Shown here in pieces: positions 35,320-46,055 of a stretch of DNA of 64,000 bases (position 1 is the stretch's first letter; each line of letters starts with the position of its first letter). A model generated the notes under the pieces. It was not told the DNA's origin, ran no database searches, and saw only the letters and a program-made list of their open reading frames with translations. Where the stretch lies: assembly GCA_965223325.1 (NCBI GenBank), contig CBDCWI010000002.1, positions 1 through 64,000 on the forward strand, read 5' to 3'. This DNA is from Candidatus Multivoradales bacterium (GTDB taxonomy: Bacteria > Acidobacteriota > Thermoanaerobaculia > Multivoradales > Multivoraceae). Both the position numbers and the translations under genes were made by a program.

Positions 35320-38300
35320 GTGAGCGCTAGGTACCGCATCGAGATCGACGTCAGGACGATCAACGCCCGTCGTGCGCGCCGCGAGGCCGAGGAGATGGGC
35401 CCTGCGTTTGACAAGGCGAACCGCGGGGCCAGGGGGCTGACTGCCAGTCTCGGCGGCCTGGGCAAGGTGGTCGCGGTCCTCGGGCTCGCCAAGTTGACGG
35501 GCAGCCTGATCAGGTTCGCCACAGACTCGGTTGCGGCGTTTGACGCCCAACGGCAGTCGATCGCGCAGCTCGAGGCCTCCATCGCTTCGACCGGTGGCGC
35601 TGCTGGACTCACCTCCCAGCAGCTGCAGCAAATGGCCAGCTCGATCCAGGCCAACAGCACGTTCGGCGACGAGCTAGTCGTCCAGGCCCAGGCGATTGGG
35701 TTGACCTTCACCAAGATCACCGGTGAGGTCTTTCCGCGATTCATTCAGTCCGTTGCGGACGTCTCGCAGAAGATGGGGCAGGACCTCAACACCACGGTGG
35801 TCCAGTTGGGCAAGGCGCTGAACGATCCGATCGCCAACCTCGGCGCCCTCTCGAGAACCGGCATCCAGTTCTCGAAGGATCAGAAGGAAGCCATCAAGGC
35901 GATGGTCGAGATGAATGACCTCGCCGGCGCGCAGTCGATCATTCTCGCGGAGCTCGAGTCTCAGTTCGGTGGCTCGGCGAAGGCCGCCTCGGAGGAGTTC
36001 GGTGGCCAGGTCAAGCAGCTGAAGAACGATCTCGGCGACCTGGTCGAGGAGTTCGGAGAGGTCGTGGCGATTGTCCTGGGACCATTCGTCGGTGCCGCGG
36101 TCGACGGTGTGGGCTCCTGGAAAGAGGCATGGCTCGAGCTCAAGCCTGCAGTTTTCCAGGTGCTTTCTGCGATCCTCGATCGCGGAATCGAGGTCGTCAA
36201 CGAACTGCTCCGACTGTTCAATCGATTCGCCGTCGTAGGTGTGCAGATTGCGAGCATCGTTCCGGGTGGCGACGCGGTGGCGTTCGGCCTGGCCGGGGTT
36301 GTGGCCGAGGTGAACAAGTCGGTTCGACAGAACGCGCGGCTAGCCAAGGAGATCTCGGACAACTTCTCGGCGGCGGCGGAACGCGCTTTGGTGGCTCAGG
36401 GAGCGTTTGCCAGTGGCGAGGCGTCTTCGGCGGTCGTAGCAAAGAACGTAACCGCAGCTGCAGACGAGGCCGAGCGCGTCGCCCGTGCCTTCGAGGGCAT
36501 CCAGAGGATCAAGTTCCAGGAGTTTGACAACGTCAACCTTCGAGAAACGGCGATCAATGAGCAGAACCGGGCGGAGGCGGAACGGCGTCGTGAGGCCCAG
36601 TTCATACTCGGCGCCCTGCAGGACTTCACCGCAGACGTGAAGCGGACAGAGACCCTCGTCAAGAACGAGAGTCTCGAAGCCTCTCGGGCGTGGGTCGATG
36701 CCGTACAGACCGGTGCAGACGTTCTCAGTCAGAGCAACAACGAGTGGGTTCGTGCGGTGGGCCAGGCCGCGAACACGTTTCTCCGGGCCGTGGAGCAGGG
36801 GGCCAGCGCACTTCAGGCTGCCGGCGCTGCGGCGGGCCAGCTTGCCGGGCAGGTGTTGGACAGCATCGCGGACGAGCGCGCGAAAGACTTTCAATCGAAG
36901 GAAGCTCGCGAGTCCGCCGAGGTTGGCCTTTCGCTGACCAAGGATACCGGCCAGGAGCAGTTTGAGGTGGGTCGAGAGGTCGCGTTTCTCTTCGGCAAGA
37001 TCATCGGCGACTACTTCACAGGTGGACTCTTCGGAGACGCGATCGGATCGGTGTTCGACATCGCCTTTCAGGAGGGATTCAAGATCGAGCAGGAGCGTCA
37101 GCCCGGTCAGAACTCGCTCGACTTGTTGCTCGGCACGGGGAACTTCTTCGAGAACCTGGTCACCAACTTCTCGAACATCATGACGCTCGGTATCGACGAC
37201 CTGATCAGCGACGCGACCGGGCTTGGCATTCAGGACATCGGACAGGGCGACCCGTTCGGGCCAGGCGGCCCATTTGCACCGTCGACGCCCTTCACGAACT
37301 TCGACATCGGTGCCGAGAACGGCGTGTTCACACAGGTGAACCTGGACGAGAACAAGCGAGACGTGGAGGAGCTGCAAGGGCTCGGCGCGCAGATCACCGA
37401 CTTCCTCAACGGTGTGGTTGCCGCACTGGGCGGCACGGTCGAGAGCATCGGGAACCTGAACTTCTTCGAAGAGGCGGGAAACATTCAGGTCCGCGTTAAC
37501 GAGCAGGTGATCGGTGAGTTCGGCAGCGACCTACAGGCGGCCGTCGAGTTCATGATCACGGAGGCCCTCCAGATCGCTGACATTTCCGGAATCCCAGATC
37601 ACCTCCTGACCGCTCTTCGAGACTCTGCCGCCGAGGCACAGGCTAACGGTGACTTTGCAAAGTTCGCGCGCGAGATCGGATTCCTGGAGTTCTTCAACAA
37701 CTTCGAGAGCGCCGCAAGCAAGCTTGGCGCGCAGGTGCAGGTCTCAACCCAGATCGTGCTCGAGGCAGCCGCAGCGGCGACCAAGTATGGCGCAGACATG
37801 GATGCTGTTCGGCTCATCGCTGAGGGAGCATTCGCAGGGTTGAAGGACCAGATTCTCGGTCCGATCAGTCAGTTCTTGCCAGACATGACGCGCTGGGAGC
37901 TCATCTTTGCGCAGGTTCGAAACCAGGCCGAAGCCTACAACCAGGCCCTCCTCGAGCAGATCGCGGCACTCGAGGCCGCCGGCGACAACGCCGACATCCT
38001 CAAAGAGCAGCTCATTGACATCGCCCAAATCGATGCGGCTGAGCAGCAAGCCAAGAAGCAGCGCAACCCCGGAGCCGCATCGCGCCGCGAGGCGCGCGAG
38101 CGTGGCCGCGAACAGATCGCCAAGACTCTCGAGCAGATGTCACGGCAGGGGTTGCCCGAGTTCGATCTGGCGCTTCTCGAGCTCCAGGACCGACTGGACG
38201 CGATGCGAGCGACCGCCACTGATGTCGGGTTCGACCTGTCGCTTGTCGAAGACGCTTTCGCACGGGCCGGCGAAGAGCTGCGCTCTCAGTTCGCCGCGCA

Positions 38301-39255
38301 GGCCTCGAGCGATGCCGATTCCCTGCTCCTGGATGTCCTCGATCTCCTGGGCCGGGAAGAGGAAGCTGCCCAGCTCCGTCACGATCTGATGCTCGCCGAG
38401 CTCAAGATTCGCGAGGCAGAGCTAGCGATCGCGGTCGAACGCGGGCTGCTTGAGGCCGAGATCTTCGACCGAATCTCCGGCTTGATCAGCGAGATCCCTG
38501 CGACGCTCGAGGGGCTCAACGACGACGCGAATGACTCGACCGAGATCATCGGCGATCTGGGGACCAAGTTCACGGACATGCTCGCGGCTCAAGAGGCCGA
38601 GACGCAGAGGATCGCGAAGGAGCGCCGTGACTTCAACGCCCAGCTAGATCGGATCATCAACCAGGGCTCTCAGAGTGGCGGTTCGTCGGACCGGCTCGAT
38701 GCCCTGAACGAGCAGTTCGAGGAGCTGTTTGCCACGGCCGAGCGGCTGGGGCTTGGCGTTGAGCGAGTGACTGAGGCGTGGGCTGCCGCATCGGATCGGT
38801 TGCTGTCCGACATCTTGGCGCCGATCCTCAGCCTTCGCGACGAGATCCTCGCCGGCGGCCCCGGGTCTTTGTCCTCAGCGGACCTCTTCTCGAGCCTCCA
38901 GGACCAGTTCCAGCAGCTCAGCCAGGCGGCGCTAGGCGGCGACCTGGACGCGGTTGACGATCTACCCGATGTGATCCAGCAGTTCCGGGAAGCAGCGCTC
39001 GACCAGCTTGGCGGGTCTGGCCTGGGAGTGATCGACGAGCAGATTCTCCAGGTGCTCGACGCACTAGGACGCGGCGAACTTGTCGGCAATCCAGCCGACG
39101 GCACCGTTCGGTTCGAGCCGGGGACCCTCCGCAACGAGTTTACGGGCGCTCTCGCCGGAACCGAAACTGGTCTGCGCGGCATTCGCGAGGAGATGCGCGG
39201 TCTCCGCGGGGACATCTCCACTCTGCTGCGCGATCGCGTCCAGAGGGTCGGCTAG
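35320..39255 (+). CDS. Tape measure protein
   Basis: 1311-aa Ala-rich helical protein; LGKALNDP...LSRTGIQFS...ELESQFGGSA motif. Confidence 0.92.
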   Translation: MSARYRIEIDVRTINARRARREAEEMGPAFDKANRGARGLTASLGGLGKVVAVLGLAKLTGSLIRFATDSVAAFDAQRQSIAQLEASIASTGGAAGLTSQQLQQMASSIQANSTFGDELVVQAQAIGLTFTKITGEVFPRFIQSVADVSQKMGQDLNTTVVQLGKALNDPIANLGALSRTGIQFSKDQKEAIKAMVEMNDLAGAQSIILAELESQFGGSAKAASEEFGGQVKQLKNDLGDLVEEFGEVVAIVLGPFVGAAVDGVGSWKEAWLELKPAVFQVLSAILDRGIEVVNELLRLFNRFAVVGVQIASIVPGGDAVAFGLAGVVAEVNKSVRQNARLAKEISDNFSAAAERALVAQGAFASGEASSAVVAKNVTAAADEAERVARAFEGIQRIKFQEFDNVNLRETAINEQNRAEAERRREAQFILGALQDFTADVKRTETLVKNESLEASRAWVDAVQTGADVLSQSNNEWVRAVGQAANTFLRAVEQGASALQAAGAAAGQLAGQVLDSIADERAKDFQSKEARESAEVGLSLTKDTGQEQFEVGREVAFLFGKIIGDYFTGGLFGDAIGSVFDIAFQEGFKIEQERQPGQNSLDLLLGTGNFFENLVTNFSNIMTLGIDDLISDATGLGIQDIGQGDPFGPGGPFAPSTPFTNFDIGAENGVFTQVNLDENKRDVEELQGLGAQITDFLNGVVAALGGTVESIGNLNFFEEAGNIQVRVNEQVIGEFGSDLQAAVEFMITEALQIADISGIPDHLLTALRDSAAEAQANGDFAKFAREIGFLEFFNNFESAASKLGAQVQVSTQIVLEAAAAATKYGADMDAVRLIAEGAFAGLKDQILGPISQFLPDMTRWELIFAQVRNQAEAYNQALLEQIAALEAAGDNADILKEQLIDIAQIDAAEQQAKKQRNPGAASRREARERGREQIAKTLEQMSRQGLPEFDLALLELQDRLDAMRATATDVGFDLSLVEDAFARAGEELRSQFAAQASSDADSLLLDVLDLLGREEEAAQLRHDLMLAELKIREAELAIAVERGLLEAEIFDRISGLISEIPATLEGLNDDANDSTEIIGDLGTKFTDMLAAQEAETQRIAKERRDFNAQLDRIINQGSQSGGSSDRLDALNEQFEELFATAERLGLGVERVTEAWAAASDRLLSDILAPILSLRDEILAGGPGSLSSADLFSSLQDQFQQLSQAALGGDLDAVDDLPDVIQQFREAALDQLGGSGLGVIDEQILQVLDALGRGELVGNPADGTVRFEPGTLRNEFTGALAGTETGLRGIREEMRGLRGDISTLLRDRVQRVG

Positions 39256-42200
39256 ATGGGCGTTTACCTCCTCGAGCTCGAGGTCTACAACCTCGAAACC
39301 GACAGCCTGGAACAGCTCTATCTCGCGACCGATCCCTGGGTCTCGCGACCGACGGATACGCCGGCGAATCAGCCGTACGCTGCACGGCTCGAGCGGCCGC
39401 CGAAGATCTCCCGGAGCCTTTACTCGCCAGGAACGATCGGCGGCCGGTCTGTGGCTAGTGCCGGCGAAGCGTGGATCAGCAATCTCGACGGGGAGATGGA
39501 CTTCCTCGAGCGCTGTGCGGTCGACAGCCGCAGCGTGAGGCTGCTTTACCACCCGACGGGCAAAGCTGCCCGAGACGAGTTCTCGACGGTCTTCGTCTCG
39601 ACGATGGACGATGTTCTCCCGGGCCACGACCGAATCGTGCTGATGATCCGAAGCCCACAGTTCCGGCTCGACGAGTCGCCGGCTGCACCAGACTTCTTTC
39701 TGCCTCATCACACTGCGGCGGTTTTCGGTACGGAAGCGAAGACCGCCCAGGCGCCGAGCGTTGCCTCGCCTTACAACCTCGCCAACTACACCGTTGAGTT
39801 TCGGTTTCGAATGCAGCCCGGGGCCGCTTGGGGGGCCCTCGTGTCCTTCGGCCGGGACGACACCAACCCGAACGGCCAGGCCTCGGTGCGCATCGGGAAC
39901 AGCAGCTGGGGCGGCGGTGCTCAGATCAATATCAACGGGACCAGCGCCACCTACAGCGGCCGCAGCTACCTAGATGGCATGGCACATCACGCAGCTCTAC
40001 GCCGGCGTGGAGACGACTACGAACTGCTGATCGATGGCGAGATGGTTTGCGAAGCGACGGTTTCAACGACCACGGTCACGAACAACTACTACACGATCGG
40101 CGCGCGCAAGACCGCAACCGGCCTGCGGGAGCACCCGGAAGCGGAGATCTGGGAGGTGCGCACTTGGGACCACGGCCGTACTGACGAGCAGCTCCTGTCT
40201 CTGCGAGAGGCTCGGCTCGAGGGAACCGAGGAGGGTTTGCGGTCCTATTGGCGCTTGGACGAAGGCGTCGACGTGACGACGGGCCTGGTCGCCACGGATT
40301 CGAACTGGTACGACCCATCGAACAACTCGAATGGCATCTTCTTCGACTCTGGCCCCAACAAGCACCACGGCATCTTCGTGACGGACGGTGAGTGGTCGTC
40401 CACAGGCGAGGGGCCTGGCGGCGTCCGCAAGCCTCTCCCCGTCGGCCACGTCTTCAACCTGGAACCGAGCCTTCTCGACGCCCGGGCTCAGCGCTACGCG
40501 GTGTCGGACGGCCCGGTGCGTCATGTAGAGGTGACGGAGGGCGGGCGCGTCCTGATCGACCAGCCTCGAATCGATTTCGACGGGACCGCCACCAAGGTGA
40601 CCATCTCTGGTTCGTCCGACTACGCGTTCACGGTCTCTGACGAGTTCACCGTCGAGACGCTCTTCCAGATCGACGATCCAGACTGGGCCGCCGGCGACAT
40701 CGTCAACCTGCTGGACCAGCCGGGCACCGGGAGTGCCAACGGCTGGTATCTGCGCGCGATCAAGGCTTCCACCGGAAAGTTCCGGGTGTTTGGGGTGGCC
40801 ACAACAGGCGATGGCTCCGGAGGCCTCACCGTCTGGTCGAACACCCTCTTGAGTTCGGGCCGCCGATACCGGATTTCCTTTGCGGTCAACGCGGCCGAGG
40901 ACAGGGGCGCGCTCTACCTGAACGGAAGGCTGGAGAACACCGCCGAACCGGTCGACCCGGCCTGGACAGGCGGTTTCGGTCTCTCCACCACCGACATCCT
41001 CGTCGGTGTCGAGGCCGGCGGGAGTCCTGACTACTTTCCCGGCAAGATCTGGGATCTGCGTCTCTGGGAGACGGAACGCGAGCCCGACGAGATCGAGTCC
41101 TGGGCGTTCCGACCGATCCGCTCGGCCCCAGCCTCACTGGTGGGCTACTGGAGGATGAACGAGGGCACCGGAACGACCGCCGGCGACCTAGCAGCCGGCG
41201 CCAACGACGGCACAATCACCTCGGGCACTTGGGTTGACGCGCAGGTTGCGATTGATCGCGTTCGCGGCCTCTTCGACCTCAGCTTTGCACCGACCGCGCC
41301 GATCCGCGCGAACGTCGAGGGCTGGATGCCGTTCGGACCATCGGTAGCCCTGGACGGTAGCACTGGTCGGGTCAAGTTGGTCGCGGCAGAGATACCGGCG
41401 GGCTCGTTCACGGTGGCTGGCTGGTTTCGGTCGGATCGATCGGCCGGCGATGCTGGTTCGAATCAAACGATGATCTATCGGTGGGACGCGAACGCGGGCG
41501 CCTTCCAGCTACGACTGTCGGACCAGTCCGGACCGCTGGAGAACTCGCTCGAGCTTGCCCTTCAAACCTCAACCGGAAGCCACACCGTTTCGACCTCCGC
41601 ACTCGAGTTCGAGGTTGGCCGCTGGCACCACGCTGCCGCCGTCTTCGACGAGACCGCCGGCGAGGCTCGGCTGTACCTGGACGGCCGGCTCGGTCACTCC
41701 GAGAGTGTCACCGGTACGCGCCCAGCACATACGCGTCTGATCAACATCGGGTCCGGGTCCTCCTCGAACCACGTCCTGGGCGCCGTGTCGGACGTCTTGA
41801 TTGCGACACGTGCGATGGACGCCGACGAAATCGCAGCGCTTCCGTACACGCGCCCGGCACCGGACGACTCGGCGCTTTACCGGTGGCTTCCGATGAATGA
41901 AGACACGGGGACCACCACGCACGACCTGAGCACCAACCTGGACTCGGGCACCCTTGACGGGGGTGCGGTCTGGGACGATGGTGTGTTCCCCGAGACGCCT
42001 GGCGAAGCGATTCGGTGGCTGGTGGCAAGCCGTGCGGCGCTCTTGGCTACCGAAGTCGATCTCGAGTCGCTACGCGACTACGACGCCCTGCTGTCATCCC
42101 CTCGAATCGGCTGGCTCGCAGAAGACAGCTCGGTCTCGGCAGTTCTCGACGACCTACTCCGGCCCGCCGGCTTCTTTGGATTCGGCCCGAACGGCGAACT

Positions 42201-43413
42201 CGAGCTCGGCAGGCTCACCGCACCGGATGTCTACCGCGAACTCCGACTCCATTCGGGAGGCTACGCCGGCGCGTCCGCCTACGCAGAAGTGCAGTACGGG
42301 CAGTTCACTGCGGGCAGTCAGAGCCGCAGGATCACCGCGGAGCTTTGGGCCGAGCGACTCGGCGAGGGCAGCACGACCGAGGAAACGCTTTTCGAAGTGA
42401 CGGCGAACTACGCGATCTACTTCGACAACGCCGACGGGCAGCTGCACGTCAAGGAATGGAACGGCGACTTCCCAGGTGACCTGGTCGACTGGACTGACTC
42501 AGGGTGGAAGCTTGATCCCGGAAACCGACGACACATTGCGCTGGTGCTCGGCGGTTCCGAGCCGATTCTGTACCTGGACGGCTCGCCGGCGTCATCCGGT
42601 ACCAGCTCAACGACGGCCGAGAGCGGCAGCCATGTTGCTCAGTCCATTGAGGTTGGCAGGGGAGGGAACGTACGCGTCTCTGAAGTGAGGGTCTGGTCGC
42701 GGGCTCGCACACCGAGCGAGATTGCTTCGAGCCGTTTCGCGCGCCTCGACGGCGAAACCGATCACCTGGTCGGCTACTGGCGAATGGACCAGGCGGAAGG
42801 TACGACAGTGCCGAACCTTGCATCGTCTCGCCACGTTACCGCCGGCGAGGATCTTCTCCTGTTTGGGTCCTCGTCCTGGGATCTCGTGGCCCGGCACAGC
42901 GAGCCATTGACTCCCGACTCCACCGAGATCGTGCCGGGTATCCATTCGAGGGTCGTGCCGATGCCTGCCGAGGTGCCACGCCAGGGCGTGGTCGTGAAGT
43001 ACCGAAAGAACTGGTCTCCGATGAGCCGGGACGACCTCCTGGGGCTGGTCACCGAGTCGCCGGCCGACGTAGAGCGCTACACCCGCGCCAGCTCTCTGGC
43101 GCGGCGCGACGTCGCGAACGACGTCACCGAGCGACACCCTTCTGCACCAGGAGCGCTGACGCTCGAGACGGCGCTTGTCGACGCGGCGGACGCCCAGGCC
43201 GCCGCGAATCTCGAGGCCGCGAACTTCGGTGTTCGCCGGCGACCGTGGAACCTTCTGTTGCACGAGGGAGCCAGTCTCGGACTGCGCGCCGGCGACGAGA
43301 TTCTGGTCAAGAGTCGCCGCGAGACTTTCGGAGTGATGGGGAAGGGTCTGGTAGTTCTAGACGACCGGCTTGATCCGTCGCGAGACGTTCTCGAACTGGT
43401 GGCGTGGGGGTAG
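39256..43413 (+). CDS. Tail tip protein with about four LamG domains
   Basis: FTVE/FTVAGWF, HHAA, LYLDG, EVRVWS, LVGYWRM patterns recur four times within a tail scaffold. Confidence 0.8.
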   Translation: MGVYLLELEVYNLETDSLEQLYLATDPWVSRPTDTPANQPYAARLERPPKISRSLYSPGTIGGRSVASAGEAWISNLDGEMDFLERCAVDSRSVRLLYHPTGKAARDEFSTVFVSTMDDVLPGHDRIVLMIRSPQFRLDESPAAPDFFLPHHTAAVFGTEAKTAQAPSVASPYNLANYTVEFRFRMQPGAAWGALVSFGRDDTNPNGQASVRIGNSSWGGGAQININGTSATYSGRSYLDGMAHHAALRRRGDDYELLIDGEMVCEATVSTTTVTNNYYTIGARKTATGLREHPEAEIWEVRTWDHGRTDEQLLSLREARLEGTEEGLRSYWRLDEGVDVTTGLVATDSNWYDPSNNSNGIFFDSGPNKHHGIFVTDGEWSSTGEGPGGVRKPLPVGHVFNLEPSLLDARAQRYAVSDGPVRHVEVTEGGRVLIDQPRIDFDGTATKVTISGSSDYAFTVSDEFTVETLFQIDDPDWAAGDIVNLLDQPGTGSANGWYLRAIKASTGKFRVFGVATTGDGSGGLTVWSNTLLSSGRRYRISFAVNAAEDRGALYLNGRLENTAEPVDPAWTGGFGLSTTDILVGVEAGGSPDYFPGKIWDLRLWETEREPDEIESWAFRPIRSAPASLVGYWRMNEGTGTTAGDLAAGANDGTITSGTWVDAQVAIDRVRGLFDLSFAPTAPIRANVEGWMPFGPSVALDGSTGRVKLVAAEIPAGSFTVAGWFRSDRSAGDAGSNQTMIYRWDANAGAFQLRLSDQSGPLENSLELALQTSTGSHTVSTSALEFEVGRWHHAAAVFDETAGEARLYLDGRLGHSESVTGTRPAHTRLINIGSGSSSNHVLGAVSDVLIATRAMDADEIAALPYTRPAPDDSALYRWLPMNEDTGTTTHDLSTNLDSGTLDGGAVWDDGVFPETPGEAIRWLVASRAALLATEVDLESLRDYDALLSSPRIGWLAEDSSVSAVLDDLLRPAGFFGFGPNGELELGRLTAPDVYRELRLHSGGYAGASAYAEVQYGQFTAGSQSRRITAELWAERLGEGSTTEETLFEVTANYAIYFDNADGQLHVKEWNGDFPGDLVDWTDSGWKLDPGNRRHIALVLGGSEPILYLDGSPASSGTSSTTAESGSHVAQSIEVGRGGNVRVSEVRVWSRARTPSEIASSRFARLDGETDHLVGYWRMDQAEGTTVPNLASSRHVTAGEDLLLFGSSSWDLVARHSEPLTPDSTEIVPGIHSRVVPMPAEVPRQGVVVKYRKNWSPMSRDDLLGLVTESPADVERYTRASSLARRDVANDVTERHPSAPGALTLETALVDAADAQAAANLEAANFGVRRRPWNLLLHEGASLGLRAGDEILVKSRRETFGVMGKGLVVLDDRLDPSRDVLELVAWG

Positions 43414-43416
43414 AGG

Positions 43417-44928
43417 ATGCTGATCTTTCCGAAGCGAAACCTCGTCGACCTTGCCGGCGACATTGGGGGTTCCGATCCGTTGCTGGTAGGGCCGGACTCC
43501 CATCCTCACTGGTTCGTGACTTCGGCGTTCACGTCGTCTCGTCTCCCTCTCACGCACCTGCAGGACCGGCGGCTGTCGAACGTGTATCGCGTTCTTTCTG
43601 CCGACAGAGCTAAGACCTTCGCCTCGATCGAGTTCGGCGGGGCGAACGCGGGACGAACCGTACGCGGCCTCGCCCTGGTCGGCCACACGCTCTCACCTGG
43701 TGCGAAGGCTCGGGTTACCGTCGCCTCTGCCGAGACCGCCGGCGAGGCGACGTATCCGCTCCGTCAGGAGAAGCCCACGAGCATCGAGGCTAACTCCGGG
43801 TACTCGTCGCCGAGTGTCAACAGCGTCGACGACGATCCAGACGACCCGGGAGCGGATCTCCTTGCTCCATCCACCGCCACGTCGACGACAGATGTCCGTC
43901 TGAGTTTCGGCACGCCAGCAAGCGGAACGGACCTTCTCAGCGGCGCGAACCTCCAACAGTTCCGGGTCCTGGTCGGGCTCGACGACGGTACTGGCGTCGC
44001 CCAGGCTGACAGCGGAGACTCGGCGACCGTGGAGATCGAGCTCTGGGAGTCCGGATCTCTGGTCTCGGCACTTGAAACCGCCTGGTCGCTGACAGCCGCC
44101 GCGGTCGACGGCGGTGAGGCCCGGAGCTTCTTCTTCGATGCCACGCTCCTTTCCAACGCGCAGGGCGCGAACGTCGAGCTACGGATTCGGTGCGTGCCAG
44201 ATGGTGGGTCCACTCTGACGGGAACTCTGATGGCTGCCATGTGGTACGCCGACCTGGACGACTACGACTACGACTCCGGCTGGCTCGACGTGTACCCGTC
44301 CGCCGCCGAGGACGTCGACCTCTGGCCCTTCGGGCGAAACTTCGTCCACGTGCTCGCCACGCCACTGGTCCTGGACTCAACCGTCCAGGTGCTCGAAGTG
44401 CGGTTCTGGGACCCGAGCAACGTGGCGGGGTTCGTGGACCTCGGACGCCTAATCGTTGGCGATGGGGTAGTCCCTGCGATGTCCTTTTCTCTCGGCCAGC
44501 CGCTCAACGTTGACGATCCGTCGCCAGGCGCGCACTCCATTGGAGGCGACTACTTCGCCGACAATCGGCGCCGGCGTCGTGGGTGGAAGTTCCGCCTGCC
44601 TGGTCTCGCGCGGGCAGGGGCTCACGAGTTGCTCGACCTATTCGCTCGAGCGGGCAACCACGGAGAGGTCGTTGTCGTCCCTTCCTCGAGTGATCCCGAT
44701 GTCTACGGATACGAGGCGGTCTACGGGCGCATCCTAGGCAGACCGTCGGTCATTCCGCTGACCCCCAATGCCCTGGGTATCTGGACTTCTCGATTCAGCG
44801 TTGAGGAGATCAACGTCCAGCTGCTCTCCGAGCAGATTGCCGGGACTGAGTCCGCCATCGTCGGCGCGCTCCTATCCGAGTCCGGTTCCCCGCTTCTAAC
44901 CGAGGGCGATAGCCCGATCCTTACCTGA
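43417..44928 (+). CDS. Minor tail protein
   Basis: YDSGWLDVYP, GFVDLGRLIVG; C-terminal LLSESGSPLLTEGD repeats. Confidence 0.65.
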   Translation: MLIFPKRNLVDLAGDIGGSDPLLVGPDSHPHWFVTSAFTSSRLPLTHLQDRRLSNVYRVLSADRAKTFASIEFGGANAGRTVRGLALVGHTLSPGAKARVTVASAETAGEATYPLRQEKPTSIEANSGYSSPSVNSVDDDPDDPGADLLAPSTATSTTDVRLSFGTPASGTDLLSGANLQQFRVLVGLDDGTGVAQADSGDSATVEIELWESGSLVSALETAWSLTAAAVDGGEARSFFFDATLLSNAQGANVELRIRCVPDGGSTLTGTLMAAMWYADLDDYDYDSGWLDVYPSAAEDVDLWPFGRNFVHVLATPLVLDSTVQVLEVRFWDPSNVAGFVDLGRLIVGDGVVPAMSFSLGQPLNVDDPSPGAHSIGGDYFADNRRRRRGWKFRLPGLARAGAHELLDLFARAGNHGEVVVVPSSSDPDVYGYEAVYGRILGRPSVIPLTPNALGIWTSRFSVEEINVQLLSEQIAGTESAIVGALLSESGSPLLTEGDSPILT

Positions 44929-44956
44929 TTCCTCTTCTTCTAAAGGACCCCGCGAC

Positions 44957-45385
44957 ATGGACTTCCAGTATCAACCAACCGAGATCGGCGTCATCTTCCT
45001 TGCTTTCCTCGGGCTGCTCAAGCTGGTCGTCGAAATCTGGAACGCCTGGGCGGTGCGCCAGGGCAAGAAGGACGATCCCCTCACGACACTCGTCGACCTC
45101 CTGAAGACCATGACGTCGGAGGTGAAGGAGATCCGCGCGGAGGTGAACGACCTGCACGCCTGGCACAACATCGCCGACCCCAACGAGCCAACGGCGATGA
45201 ACTGGCACAACACCCAGTACGACCGGCAGAAGGTCGCTGAAATCTCAGCCAAGTCGGACCGCATTCTGGCGTCCCACGCCGACACCAGGCAGGTCGTTGA
45301 CGCGATGAATCAGGACCTGTCTCGCGTGCTGAACGAACTCGTTGCGCTGCGCGAGTCGATCGATCGCCGGGAGCATGCGAGGTGA
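44957..45385 (+). CDS. Single-TM lysis-cassette protein (holin/antiholin candidate)
   Basis: N-terminal TM plus coiled coil; overlaps the amidase start. Confidence 0.45.
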   Translation: MDFQYQPTEIGVIFLAFLGLLKLVVEIWNAWAVRQGKKDDPLTTLVDLLKTMTSEVKEIRAEVNDLHAWHNIADPNEPTAMNWHNTQYDRQKVAEISAKSDRILASHADTRQVVDAMNQDLSRVLNELVALRESIDRREHAR

Positions 45386-45858
45386 TACGCCGGCGGTGGC
45401 AGGGGATCGTTGTGCACCACACCGCGGGGCCCGACTTGGTCACGATGGAGATGCCCTCGATCAAGCGATGGCACATGGAGGGCCGCCGCTGGCGCGACAT
45501 CGGGTACCACGCCGTTGTCGAGCGCGTTGGTTCAGACCACGTGGTGATTTCCGGTAGGCCGCTTTACGAGAACGGTGCCCACGAACCCCTCGCTAATCGC
45601 ACTCACCTGGGCCTCGCGTTTGTCGGCGACTTCAGCGATCGCGAGCCGGCGAACGACGCCCTGGTCGAAGGCGCCCGGTGGGCTGCCGGCATGGCGATGA
45701 TCTGCGGCTTCGAGCCTCGCGACATCGAACCCCACCGGAACTTCAAGGCAACGGCCTGCCCCGGCCACGAGTTTCCGATGTCGGATTTCCGCGCCCTCGT
45801 GGCGCTACACATGGGGCTCCCTGCCCCGCAACAAACGAGAGGTCAGCAACATGCCTGA
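45382..45858 (+). CDS. Endolysin, N-acetylmuramoyl-L-alanine amidase (Amidase_2/PGRP-like)
   Basis: IVVHHTA, WRDIGYH, GAH, HRNFKATACPG. Confidence 0.92.
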   Translation: MIRRRWQGIVVHHTAGPDLVTMEMPSIKRWHMEGRRWRDIGYHAVVERVGSDHVVISGRPLYENGAHEPLANRTHLGLAFVGDFSDREPANDALVEGARWAAGMAMICGFEPRDIEPHRNFKATACPGHEFPMSDFRALVALHMGLPAPQQTRGQQHA

Positions 45859-46054
45859 ACTAGACGACGCAGCAGTCGCCGAACGCATTCGCCAGGTCCG
45901 GGAGTACTTCGAGGTTGGCTCCATCGCATTCGATTCGCAGATGGAGACCGTCGTGCCCGACAAGCAAATCATCCAGGAGGCGGGCTTGCTGATGGCTGCC
46001 GTCGGCTCCCGGCTCGCCGACTGGGCCGAAAGCGAAAGCGAAGGCGGGGTCTAA
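45851..46054 (+). CDS. Hypothetical protein
   Basis: Overlaps the amidase stop. Confidence 0.5.
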   Translation: MPELDDAAVAERIRQVREYFEVGSIAFDSQMETVVPDKQIIQEAGLLMAAVGSRLADWAESESEGGV

Positions 46055-46055
46055 A

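Noticed and set aside
12977-44928. Gene transfer agent, tailocin or contractile injection system
   Set aside because: Integrase, att sites, repressor and replication genes are present and no sheath was recognised; an ordinary temperate siphovirus backbone fits better.
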